Shown here: in pieces, positions 40,917 through 49,528 of the stretch | Layout: each line of letters starts with the position of its first letter | Position numbering within the stretch: position 1 is the stretch's first letter | Assembly: GCA_017616975.1 (NCBI GenBank) | Contig: JAFZXC010000035.1 | Coordinates: 1 to 49,528, forward strand | Source: Alphaproteobacteria bacterium | Lineage (GTDB): Bacteria; Pseudomonadota; Alphaproteobacteria; Rs-D84 | Length of the DNA: 49,528 nt | Direction: 5' to 3' | Notes under the pieces: generated by a model | The model's database searches: none | The model's input: the letters and a program-made list of their open reading frames with translations, nothing else | What the model was told of the DNA's origin: nothing | Program-made: the position numbers and the translations under genes

Positions 40917-41122
40917 ATACCTTGATAATTTGATAATGGTCGTGCTAAGATAGCCCTTGTCGTATGATACAGGGCTTATAACAATAATGTTTATGTTATC
41001 GCTTTTTCGTGAAATCCGAATGACGCTGATGGTTATCGTGGCGCAATCCCTTGGCATGGGCATGGACGCCCCATGGGGACGGATTATCATTGCGTACGAC
41101 CCCAGCATAAAAGGATTACAAA

Positions 41123-42922
41123 ATGTCAAAAAGAATATATGTGGATGCAGTCCACCCGGAAGAAACACGTGTTGTTGTCGTGGATGCGGCAACGAACCGG
41201 GTTTCTGATTTTGATGTTGAAACAACCACAAAACCCCAGATAAAAGGGAACATCTATCTGGCCAAGGTTATTCGGGTTGAACCATCACTCCAGGCGGCTT
41301 TTGTAGATTATGGTAATGGCAAAAATGGATTTTTACCGTTTTCGGAAATTCATCCGGACTATTATCAAATAACAGCCGAACAAAAAAAGAAACTTATTGA
41401 ATTGGCGCACGCAAACATCGTTGATGACGATGATGATCCAGACGATGAAAATGATGAAGTTGCCGAATATGACGACTCGTCTGCGGGTGAAGATAACAAA
41501 GAATTCACTAAACGTGCGCACGAATTTAAAATCCAAGACGTTATAAAACAGTCGCAAATTTTATTGGTCCAAGGCGTCAAAGAAGAACGTGGCCAAAAAG
41601 GCGCCTCTATGACGACATATCTGTCGTTGGCGGGACGTTTTGCGGTTTTGATGCCGAATTCTCGTAAACGCAACAGTTATGGTATTTCCAAGAAAATTTC
41701 GGACAAGGCTGAACGTGCACGTTTGCGCGACATCTTGCACGGGTTAAAAATACCAAAGGGCATGACGGTCGTTTTGCGCACTGCTGCGATGGATGCCAAG
41801 GCCGAAGATATCGCTGCGGACTATGATTATTTGGTGAATTTGTGGAACGATATTCGCAAAATAACACTGACATCGGTTGCACCGGTGACAATTCATACCG
41901 AAGATTCTTTGCTTCGTCGTGTTGTTCGTGATTTCTTGTCAGACAAAGAAGATGTTTTGACTATCCAGGGTGACGAGGCATACGATGCAGCCAAAACGTA
42001 TTTTCAACAAATGTATGGTCGTGCACCACGAAAACAATTGGTCAAATATAATGACCCTGCGGTTCCAATCATGGTCAAGGCCGGTGTTGAAAAACAACTT
42101 GAAGGTTTGCATGGCCCATATGTCGTGTTGCCATCGGGTGGCTCGATCGTTATCAACCAGACAGAAGCCATGGTGACAATTGACGTTAATTCTTCACGTG
42201 CGATAAAGGAAAAAGATATCGAACAAACGGCACTGAATACCAATTTAGAAGCCGCCGAAGAAATCGCATTACAATTGCGTCTGCGTGATTTGGCGGGTAT
42301 TGTCGCAATCGACTTTATCGATATGGAAGAAGAACGCAACAATCGTAAATTGGAAATGAAAATGCGGGAAGTCATGAAACGTGATCGTGCACGTACCCAG
42401 GTTGCAAAAATAAACGCATTTGGGGTGTTGATGTTGTCACGTCAGCGTCTGCGCAGCAGTTTCATTGAATCGTCGTATATTGCATGTCCGCACTGTATGG
42501 GGGCGGGTGTTGTTCCGTCTATCCAGACGGCTGCGATAATAATGTTCCGTCATCTTCAAGAAAAGTTGTTGGCAAAATCTGCGGAAAAAATCATTATGAC
42601 GGTTCCAACCGATGTGGCGATTTATCTTTTGAACAACAAACGTGCTGAATTGGCGGATATGGAACGTGAATTTGAAACGGAAATCGTGATTGTTGGTGAC
42701 GACAGCATGATGAACATTGACCAGTATTCAATTCAACGTGTCGCCCCAGAACAAAACAAAACGGATGATTTGTTGTCTGCACATGAACCATCAACCGATG
42801 CAAAGCGTAAAAACGCCCAGCATGTTGAGGCGAAAAAGACGACAATGAATGCGCCACGTCGCAAACGCAAACAATACCAGCAAAAGAAAAAGCAATCAAT
42901 TTGGCAGAAATTGGTAGGCTAA
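41123..42922 (+). CDS. rne: Ribonuclease E/G family endoribonuclease (short Rne lacking a long scaffold tail)
   Basis: S1 domain GNIYLAKVIRVEPSLQAAFVDYG, an acidic insert DDDDDPDDENDE, catalytic core VTIDVNS and zinc-link CPHCMGAG. Confidence 0.8.
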   Translation: MSKRIYVDAVHPEETRVVVVDAATNRVSDFDVETTTKPQIKGNIYLAKVIRVEPSLQAAFVDYGNGKNGFLPFSEIHPDYYQITAEQKKKLIELAHANIVDDDDDPDDENDEVAEYDDSSAGEDNKEFTKRAHEFKIQDVIKQSQILLVQGVKEERGQKGASMTTYLSLAGRFAVLMPNSRKRNSYGISKKISDKAERARLRDILHGLKIPKGMTVVLRTAAMDAKAEDIAADYDYLVNLWNDIRKITLTSVAPVTIHTEDSLLRRVVRDFLSDKEDVLTIQGDEAYDAAKTYFQQMYGRAPRKQLVKYNDPAVPIMVKAGVEKQLEGLHGPYVVLPSGGSIVINQTEAMVTIDVNSSRAIKEKDIEQTALNTNLEAAEEIALQLRLRDLAGIVAIDFIDMEEERNNRKLEMKMREVMKRDRARTQVAKINAFGVLMLSRQRLRSSFIESSYIACPHCMGAGVVPSIQTAAIIMFRHLQEKLLAKSAEKIIMTVPTDVAIYLLNNKRAELADMEREFETEIVIVGDDSMMNIDQYSIQRVAPEQNKTDDLLSAHEPSTDAKRKNAQHVEAKKTTMNAPRRKRKQYQQKKKQSIWQKLVG

Positions 42923-42948
42923 GGTAATAATGCGTTAATTAGAAAAAA

Positions 42949-42972
42949 AACCGCCCGTTTGGGCGGTTTTTT
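42949..42972. terminator. Bidirectional terminator aaccgccc-gttt-gggcggtt plus T-run
   Basis: Lies between the rne stop and the ackA stop. Confidence 0.8.
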
Positions 42973-42991
42973 GTTTTGGTATTATGTTCCA

Positions 42992-44248
42992 TTATCTTGA
43001 TTTATTCGCTTTTGCAAATGAATAATTCATTTTCAAATGGTCGGGGTTATATGTCCCGTTCATAATTGCCAATGTATCTTCGACAATAACCAGTTCTTCG
43101 TTTGTCGCAATCATAAAGATTTTGATTTTGCTGTCTGGGGTGCTAAGTACGGCTTCGTCAATACCTTTGCGGGCAAGGGCGACTTTGTTTGCTTCCTTGT
43201 CCATTTTGATGCCCAATTCTTCCAGACCTTCGCAGAACTTTTCACGCAAAATATCGTCGTTTTCACCAACACCAGCGGTAAAGACGATTGCATCAACGTG
43301 ACCCAGTTCTGCCAAGTATGAACCAATATATTTCTTTACATTGTGGGCTTCCATTTCAATGGCCAAGCGGCATTTGTCGTTTGTTTCACGATTGTCTTCG
43401 ATATCACGACGGTCGGTAAAACATTCGGTAATAGCCTTTAACCCAGAATCTTTGTTCAAATGTGTTTGAATTTGTTCGGATGTTAAATTCAAGCGATCCA
43501 TCACATAAAGGACGATTGCTGGGTCAATATCGCCACAACGTGTTCCCATTGTTAAACCCGGTGTTGGGGTCATACCCATTGATGTGTCGACACTGCGTCC
43601 GCCACGAATTGCGGTTGCAGATGCGCCCGACCCAATATGTAACGTAATCAAATTGCATTCATCGGCTGGTTTGCCCAACATTGCTGCTGCACGTTTGGAA
43701 ACATACAAATGAGATGTTCCATGAAATCCATAACGACGGACACCCAATTGGCTGCGCCATGCTTCTGGCACGGCATAACGGTATGCGTGTTCCGGCATAG
43801 TTTGGTGAAACGCCGTATCAAACACTGCAACTTGCTTTGCATTTGGCAATAATTGTCTTGCCGCATTGATACCATTGATTCCCGCAGGGTTGTGCAAAGG
43901 TGCCAAAGGTGATAATTGTTCAAGTGTTCTTATAACTTCGTCTGTAATTTCGACCGAAGAAGCGAATTTGTCACCGCCCATAACGACACGGTGTCCAACG
44001 CCACCGATTTCATTCATGTCAATAGATGCCGCACGCAGCATATTAAACACAACGCCCAATGCTTCATCATGATTTTTCATTGGGACTTCTTTTTTATCTT
44101 TCTTTCCATCTGGATATTTTTGAGTGATATAAGAATCTGGTAAACCAATTTTTTCGACTAAACCACCAACAATTGGATTTTTTGTATTTGCATCATAAAG
44201 TTGATATTTTAACGACGATGAACCGCAATTCAACGCAAGAATGTACAT
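42992..44248 (-). CDS. ackA: Acetate (propionate) kinase
   Basis: ILALNCGSSSLKYQLYD, GFHGTSH and the FTAGVGEN motif. Confidence 0.88.
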   Translation of the reverse strand: MYILALNCGSSSLKYQLYDANTKNPIVGGLVEKIGLPDSYITQKYPDGKKDKKEVPMKNHDEALGVVFNMLRAASIDMNEIGGVGHRVVMGGDKFASSVEITDEVIRTLEQLSPLAPLHNPAGINGINAARQLLPNAKQVAVFDTAFHQTMPEHAYRYAVPEAWRSQLGVRRYGFHGTSHLYVSKRAAAMLGKPADECNLITLHIGSGASATAIRGGRSVDTSMGMTPTPGLTMGTRCGDIDPAIVLYVMDRLNLTSEQIQTHLNKDSGLKAITECFTDRRDIEDNRETNDKCRLAIEMEAHNVKKYIGSYLAELGHVDAIVFTAGVGENDDILREKFCEGLEELGIKMDKEANKVALARKGIDEAVLSTPDSKIKIFMIATNEELVIVEDTLAIMNGTYNPDHLKMNYSFAKANKSR

Positions 44249-44361
44249 ATTTTTTGTCCTTTTATTTTTATTAATCTTAAATTTTCCGTGCGGATATTAG
44301 CACAAATTTTAACTTTTTCAACTAGATTTAAAGGGGGGGATTTGTTTGTTTTTGCAAAAAT

Positions 44362-46467
44362 TTATGCGGCACGCAATGCGCCATAGGAATTATTGATAAA
44401 ATTCCATGCCTGTTGTTGCGCTTCGCTTTGTTTCTTTTTAAGATCGAAATTTTTCAACATTGCGTCACGTTTAACCTTCATACTGCCCAATCTGAACGTA
44501 TGGGTTTTACCAAACGTTTCCAACATATCCCAATATGCGACCAAGTCATGAATAATGTCGGGGTTATTATCACGCCATTCATTATCTTGCTTTTGACGAC
44601 TTGCCGCATCATCATACAAATCAATATCGTTTTGCAGTGCCGTGACGTTTTCGATGGTTCCGCCCAGTGCTGCAGACAATGTGACGGTTGGATCGCCATT
44701 ATCAGTTGCCACTTTTAATTCAGCCTTGATTTGATCGATGTTGCCTGCATTTATGCGAACATGGGTTTGATATTTCGCATCCGTGCGTCCTGGATTATCA
44801 AGATTTGCTAATGTCCCGGCCACATCATGTGCAACATTGGAATTACGCAAGTCGTTGTGTCTTTTAGTATCTTCTGCGGTCCAATTTTTATATTCGTCGT
44901 TCAAATTGTCATATTTGCCGATAAATCTGCCGATTTTTGTTCGACGATGCGAAACAAAATTACGCACGCCGGTTCCAATCAGTGCAACGCCACGCACAGC
45001 CAGACGTGCGGTTTTGTCAATGGCGTTTGTGAACATTTGGACCGCTTCGTTTTTATTCCAAGACTGGTCTTTGCTTGAAAACAAGGTCAAATCTTTGGTC
45101 GCTTCGCTTAATTTATCAAATGTTCGACTGGACATCAGGCCATATTTTGCAACGGACAATACTTCCAATGCGGTCATTGCTTCGTCCCGTTTTTTATCCC
45201 GTGAAGCCTTGATAATAATGTTGATGACCAATTTTTGCAGATGCCGACCGTCACGCAAAGCACCTTCGAAATCGTCGAGTGTTTCTTTCTTTAACGTTTC
45301 CAATGTTTTCATCGTCCAATCAAAATGCTTGCGTGTATTTGGATCGACCGAAATAGCGTTTTGTAATTTGGGGTCATCTTTTTTGCTTAAAATACCATCC
45401 AGCCCATCTGTGGGTTTAATGCCAGCCTTGTCAAAGCCCTTGATTATATTTTGTGAATGGGGCGAAAAGAACAATCTTGTTCCACGGCTTACTTCGGTAA
45501 AACGCCGGAAGTGGTTTTCATAAGTATCGTTTTTCCACTTTTTAAACTTTTGTATCCAATTTTTTGAATCCGTCAGTTTTGGTGCGACATAGTCATCTAC
45601 TTCTGTGTTTTCATAATCTGTGTCGGCAATAGCGGTTTCCAGTGCTTCTTTGATGGGGGATTTTGCCATCTCAAGAAATTTAGTGCGAATAACCGAATTT
45701 GTTAAAATTTCATCAAAGATTTTCACATAATCTGTTTGGAACCATTTTATGTGGGTGCCTTTGTCGGGAATATGATACCACGTTGTCGGATCATTTGGAT
45801 CTATAGGTCTAAAATCAAATTTTGGTTTTATATCTGGTAAATATGTTTTGTCGCGATTATTTTGATAGTAATCTATGTATTGAATAACAGATTGCAATTT
45901 GCTACGAAATTCATCATTGGTATTGAATTCTTTGTCTCGCAAGTCTTTTACAAATTTATCAAACGACCGGTTGTCCGGAAAAACATCCGACATATGTTGT
46001 TTGAACGGAATGAATAATTTTGCCTTGTTTGCTTGCAACCATGTTGCAAGATTGTCAAATACCAATTCTGCGGTGTGTGTAGCCTTGCTGGTGGTAAAGG
46101 TGCTGTTTGGATTGGTGCTGAACCATCTGTCGATAAATGCCCGGGTCGCCGGGTTATAATCACTGCCGATGCCAACAGGGTGATCCTTGTTTTCGTACAT
46201 TTTTTGGAATGTATCCTGGGCGGCATCATAAAACTTTTCCCAATCAGCTGGGTCGGTAATTGTCGTATCCAACAACTGTATCGGTTTGCCATAATACAAT
46301 TCGTCCCATTTCTTCATATGACCGATAAAAGAACCGTTTTTCTTGTAATCTTCGAAACGATCACGGACATCAGTCGGCATCAAATCAATGTGCCGATGTG
46401 CAAAGTATGTGAACAAAGTGTTTTTTAAATCTGCCATTGCAACCCTTGTCTTATAATTATAGTCCAT
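44362..46467 (-). CDS. Large hypothetical protein (701 aa), no signal peptide
   Basis: Single uninterrupted ORF. No motif recognised. Confidence 0.55.
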   Translation of the reverse strand: MDYNYKTRVAMADLKNTLFTYFAHRHIDLMPTDVRDRFEDYKKNGSFIGHMKKWDELYYGKPIQLLDTTITDPADWEKFYDAAQDTFQKMYENKDHPVGIGSDYNPATRAFIDRWFSTNPNSTFTTSKATHTAELVFDNLATWLQANKAKLFIPFKQHMSDVFPDNRSFDKFVKDLRDKEFNTNDEFRSKLQSVIQYIDYYQNNRDKTYLPDIKPKFDFRPIDPNDPTTWYHIPDKGTHIKWFQTDYVKIFDEILTNSVIRTKFLEMAKSPIKEALETAIADTDYENTEVDDYVAPKLTDSKNWIQKFKKWKNDTYENHFRRFTEVSRGTRLFFSPHSQNIIKGFDKAGIKPTDGLDGILSKKDDPKLQNAISVDPNTRKHFDWTMKTLETLKKETLDDFEGALRDGRHLQKLVINIIIKASRDKKRDEAMTALEVLSVAKYGLMSSRTFDKLSEATKDLTLFSSKDQSWNKNEAVQMFTNAIDKTARLAVRGVALIGTGVRNFVSHRRTKIGRFIGKYDNLNDEYKNWTAEDTKRHNDLRNSNVAHDVAGTLANLDNPGRTDAKYQTHVRINAGNIDQIKAELKVATDNGDPTVTLSAALGGTIENVTALQNDIDLYDDAASRQKQDNEWRDNNPDIIHDLVAYWDMLETFGKTHTFRLGSMKVKRDAMLKNFDLKKKQSEAQQQAWNFINNSYGALRAA

Positions 46468-46536
46468 TTTGATGCTTTTTTCAACTTTTTACCGCACAAA
46501 ATGCATTTTTTATGATATAATTCACAACAAAGCGAT

Positions 46537-47790
46537 ATGAACATGAAACAAGATAAATCATTGCGGAAATTTTTACACGGCATTTATGGATATGCTTTTT
46601 TTAACAAATTCTTGTTAATAAGCCCCGTTTATGCGGTTTTTATGCAAAGTCATGGCGTAAGCGAAATGCAATTGTCGATACTGTTGATTGTGTTTTCGTT
46701 GGCCACCATCGTGACCCAGGTGCCTGCAACATGGCTGACAAATAAAATCGGGTGTAAAAATGCGGTGATGTTCGGCCAGTTGTTGAAAGGTATCGGTTTT
46801 ACTTTGTTCTTGATTTGGCCGACATTTACGGGATTCTTTGTGGGTATGTTTTTATGGGGAACAATGTCGGCGTTTTATGGCACTGCATATGAAAGTTTGA
46901 TTTATGACGGCCTTCAGGCACGACATCACAATCATATATATGCACGTGTTTTGGGAATGCGCTATAATGCCCAGGCCGCCGGGTCGGCATTGGCGGCATT
47001 TGGGTCGCTGATGATGTTTGCGGGGTACGAATGGGTGACACTTGCGTCGTTGGTTTCAATGGCGTTATCAATGATTTGTATTTCACGTGCTGATTTGAAT
47101 CCAAACGGCAAAACAGTGCCGGTAAAACGTGAAAAGCAAGTCGGCACATTGCGATTATTTAAAAATGTATACGGGCTGTGTCGTGTGTTGCCATGTATGT
47201 TTTTGTCGATGATATTGTGCCTTATGGTGCGGTGTTTTTCGTATCTGGACGACTATCTTAGCCCGATTGGAATTGGCATTGGCTTGCCCGTAGAATATGT
47301 CGGTCTGGTTCAATTCTTTGTTTTGGCTTGTATGATTTTGGGGCAAACATATGCGTATCGTTTCGCCAATGTTCGTGATCGGTTGGTTTATATGGCGATA
47401 TGCCTGATGGGTGGGTTGTTGGTTCTGTTTTCAATTGATTATTCTGTTGGTGGACTGTTGCTTTTGGGGGCGGCGTATGTGGTTATGCGTGCGTTGCATG
47501 TATTGTTATATTCACGATTCCAAGATTTTGTCCCGCCCGCATATCGTACAGCCGTGTTGTCGGTATATAATGTTATGGACAAGGCTTTTTATGTGGTCTT
47601 GTGCCTTATGATGGGAATTGGCGGCTCGTTGGGCAGTTGGCGTTATGGGGTTTTGGGGGTCGGCATACTTATTATTTGTGTGGGTATTTGGGCGTTGATG
47701 TTCATTGGCGACCAGTGTTCGTCTGCAAAAGTTCGTAAGTATAAGAATATGATTAAAACCATGTACCCGGTTGGTAATGACATTGTTTAA
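46537..47790 (+). CDS. MFS-type transporter
   Basis: About 12 hydrophobic segments, with an MFS-like loop after TM2 (TNKIGCKN). Confidence 0.65.
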   Translation: MNMKQDKSLRKFLHGIYGYAFFNKFLLISPVYAVFMQSHGVSEMQLSILLIVFSLATIVTQVPATWLTNKIGCKNAVMFGQLLKGIGFTLFLIWPTFTGFFVGMFLWGTMSAFYGTAYESLIYDGLQARHHNHIYARVLGMRYNAQAAGSALAAFGSLMMFAGYEWVTLASLVSMALSMICISRADLNPNGKTVPVKREKQVGTLRLFKNVYGLCRVLPCMFLSMILCLMVRCFSYLDDYLSPIGIGIGLPVEYVGLVQFFVLACMILGQTYAYRFANVRDRLVYMAICLMGGLLVLFSIDYSVGGLLLLGAAYVVMRALHVLLYSRFQDFVPPAYRTAVLSVYNVMDKAFYVVLCLMMGIGGSLGSWRYGVLGVGILIICVGIWALMFIGDQCSSAKVRKYKNMIKTMYPVGNDIV

Positions 47791-47905
47791 ATATGAACAA
47801 AATATACTTTTGTGGTATTTTTTCTTGATTTTTTGTTTTTATTGTGTCAAAATTTGCCCCGAACCGCCGAAAAGAAACATTTATGTTTCAAATTTCGGGG
47901 TCCAT

Positions 47906-47981
47906 GGGACCATAGCTCAGTTGGTAGAGCAAATGACTTTTAATCATTGGGTCCAGGGTTCGAGTCCCTGTGGTCCCACCA
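47906..47981 (+). tRNA. tRNA-Lys (anticodon UUU), CCA encoded
   Basis: Acceptor GGGACCA/TGGTCCC, anticodon loop ctTTTaa, T-loop ttcgagt. A terminator follows at about 47988-48020. Confidence 0.9.
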
Positions 47982-48030
47982 AGATTTAGCCCGCCGAAAT
48001 GGCGGGTTTATATTTTTTTTGCCAAGGGTA

Positions 48031-48058
48031 TTGACAATTTTAATTTTTGTATTATATT
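48031..48058 (+). promoter_or_regulatory. Sigma-70 promoter for the last gene
   Basis: TTGACA, 16 nt, TATATT, about 30 nt before the AAGGAGA RBS. Confidence 0.6.
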
Positions 48059-48088
48059 ATGGTCAAATAATAACCCAAGGAGAATGTT

Positions 48089-49528
48089 ATGAAAAATAGC
48101 ACAAAAGTTGGATTGGTTGCAATGTGTTTGGGTGCATCTATATTGGTGCCACGCACATGTGATTACATAAGCGAAAAGAAAGAAGACAAACTTGAACGCC
48201 AGGAAGAAGAACAAAGACGTCAAGAAAAAGAGCTTGCTGCACAAAAAGAGGCCGCAGAAAAAGCACGTAAAGAAAAAGAGTATGCGTATTTTGATAAAGC
48301 TCGTGACTCTTTGTTGGCTGAAATGGGATACAACAAAGCAGACGTTGAAAAGGCCGCAAACCTTCGTGAATCTGCATATGAAGATGACGAGGCGGCATGG
48401 AAGTTGCGTAAATCATCTTTTGTTTCTAGAATGCGTCTGTCCGGCTTTTCGGGCGATGATCGTGAAATACAACAGGGCATGTTGTATTATGATATTGCAA
48501 AAATGGTTGCCGCAAAAAGTGCGCAATATGCCGCAGAAGTCAGCAAGTTATTAGATAAATATAATTTAAGAATGCCTGGTGCGTATGAACAATCCGAAGA
48601 AATTACAAAATTGGCGGGTATATTTGAGGACTGTTTGTTAAATAACAAGTATTATGATACGCCACGTTTGTCTGGTTATATCAATGCACAAGAAGAATCA
48701 AAAGAAAATGCTAAGTATACCGTTGCCACATTGATGCATGATATTGGTATAATGCCAAAGGAAGAATATAGTGACTATGACGAAACCAAAACAATCAATT
48801 GGTGTGGCTATGGCGAAGCCAGACAAGACGAAGTCAGGGCTGCTGTCAAAAATATCATTGAAAAAATGCCAACAGATATGGACAATGCGATTGTTGACAT
48901 AGCTCGTAAATATGCCAAATATTATCCTGTGCTTACCGATATCAAAGACATTCCGGCACAATATGCAGAATGTATGAAAGATATTTGTTTGTGGTATGAA
49001 GCGGGTGAAAGTGGCGATGTTTACTCTGCAGACTTGCGGGGCGATTTGGTCATAACACGCAGTATAAGTGTTTATGATTCTAAATTGCCTGTCAATTTCT
49101 TTGGTGAACAAGATGCTTCTTATAAACTGGTCAGTGTTGAACCAGGTAAATGGCAGGTCGTTCGTACAGATAAAAACGGCAAGGTTTCCAAGACAGCGGT
49201 ATTTACGCATGACACCGATTATGTATTGAAACGTCAGCTGTGGACAGACTGCAAAGTTGGCGAAAGCTCTTTCTCTTATGAACCAGGAACCAATATGGGC
49301 GTTCATGTCCGTATGACCGAAGTTGTGTATGTCAAAGAAAGAGAAATCAAAGACGACAAATTGCCGAAACAAGAATATGACAGATTGTTCGCAAAGCAAG
49401 ATGCTCGTTATGACTCTTTGTCTGCAGAATGTGAACGCAAGATGCATTTAGCAGATTCTTTGCGTCACAAACCAGATTCAATTTATTGGAAAGCTTCACA
49501 TATTGCCGATGATAAATTGGATGAATAC
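48089..49528 (+). CDS. Large hypothetical exported/anchored protein, N-terminal 480 codons (3' end outside window)
   Basis: AAGGAGA RBS. MKNSTKVGLVAMCLGASILV signal/anchor, then an EEEQRRQEKELAAQKEAAEKARKEKE coiled coil. The frame is open to the window edge, so it is absent from the ORF track; the tracked minus-strand ORF 48698-49447 is its antisense shadow. Confidence 0.7.
   Translation, partial: MKNSTKVGLVAMCLGASILVPRTCDYISEKKEDKLERQEEEQRRQEKELAAQKEAAEKARKEKEYAYFDKARDSLLAEMGYNKADVEKAANLRESAYEDDEAAWKLRKSSFVSRMRLSGFSGDDREIQQGMLYYDIAKMVAAKSAQYAAEVSKLLDKYNLRMPGAYEQSEEITKLAGIFEDCLLNNKYYDTPRLSGYINAQEESKENAKYTVATLMHDIGIMPKEEYSDYDETKTINWCGYGEARQDEVRAAVKNIIEKMPTDMDNAIVDIARKYAKYYPVLTDIKDIPAQYAECMKDICLWYEAGESGDVYSADLRGDLVITRSISVYDSKLPVNFFGEQDASYKLVSVEPGKWQVVRTDKNGKVSKTAVFTHDTDYVLKRQLWTDCKVGESSFSYEPGTNMGVHVRMTEVVYVKEREIKDDKLPKQEYDRLFAKQDARYDSLSAECERKMHLADSLRHKPDSIYWKASHIADDKLDEY

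Noticed and set aside
40674-41231. ORFs overlapping the rne leader (185 aa on the minus strand, 83 aa on the plus strand)
   Set aside because: They have no RBS, overlap the ends of two well-supported genes, and have an implausible composition.

Overview
AT-rich bacterial chromosomal segment. The housekeeping synteny looks alphaproteobacterial: ppiD-tpiA-grpE, rpmB/clpB, msbA plus a lipid A acyltransferase, frr-uppS-cdsA-rseP-bamA, an M48 peptidase with recG, rne and ackA. There are five tRNAs, all with encoded CCA: Leu-CAA, Ala-UGC, Ala-GGC, His-GUG and Lys-UUU. I recognised no rRNA, CRISPR array, transposase or integrase.

The main result is at about 300-10850. This region holds a stripped-down T7/BPP-1-like podovirus structural cluster: major capsid, gp11-like and gp12-like tail tubular proteins, large terminase, portal and a possibly Bbp19-like small protein. 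All ORFs are intact, but there are no integrase, polymerase/primase, scaffold, internal core, fibre or lysis genes. It sits between host genes and strong terminators. I read it as a candidate domesticated, GTA-like short-tailed particle locus.

Its terL is cleanly split into two motif-complete ORFs by a 3.3-kb antisense cassette carrying dnaB, a double-HTH XRE regulator with an S24-like C-terminal domain, and an orphan gene. The cassette ends fall exactly on shared palindromic stop (TTAA) and start (CATG) tetranucleotides. A diverged 4-codon duplication flanks the insert.

Other items worth a second look:
- A translationally coupled envelope operon (16417-18739): a tiny lipoprotein, two paralogous membrane-anchored proteins that may be VirB8/DotI-like, and a secreted protein.
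- A structured, terminator-containing leader upstream of a fused RgpF/DUF616-type glycosyltransferase.
- An orphan T4-type lysozyme with Cys at the Asp20 position, next to a 36-aa hydrophobic peptide.
- A ClpB with no N-domain.
- An att-like duplication of the tRNA-His 3' end, followed by a five-gene orphan operon that includes paralogs.
- Several large orphan proteins.

All functional calls come from reading motifs in the translations. No database search was run.
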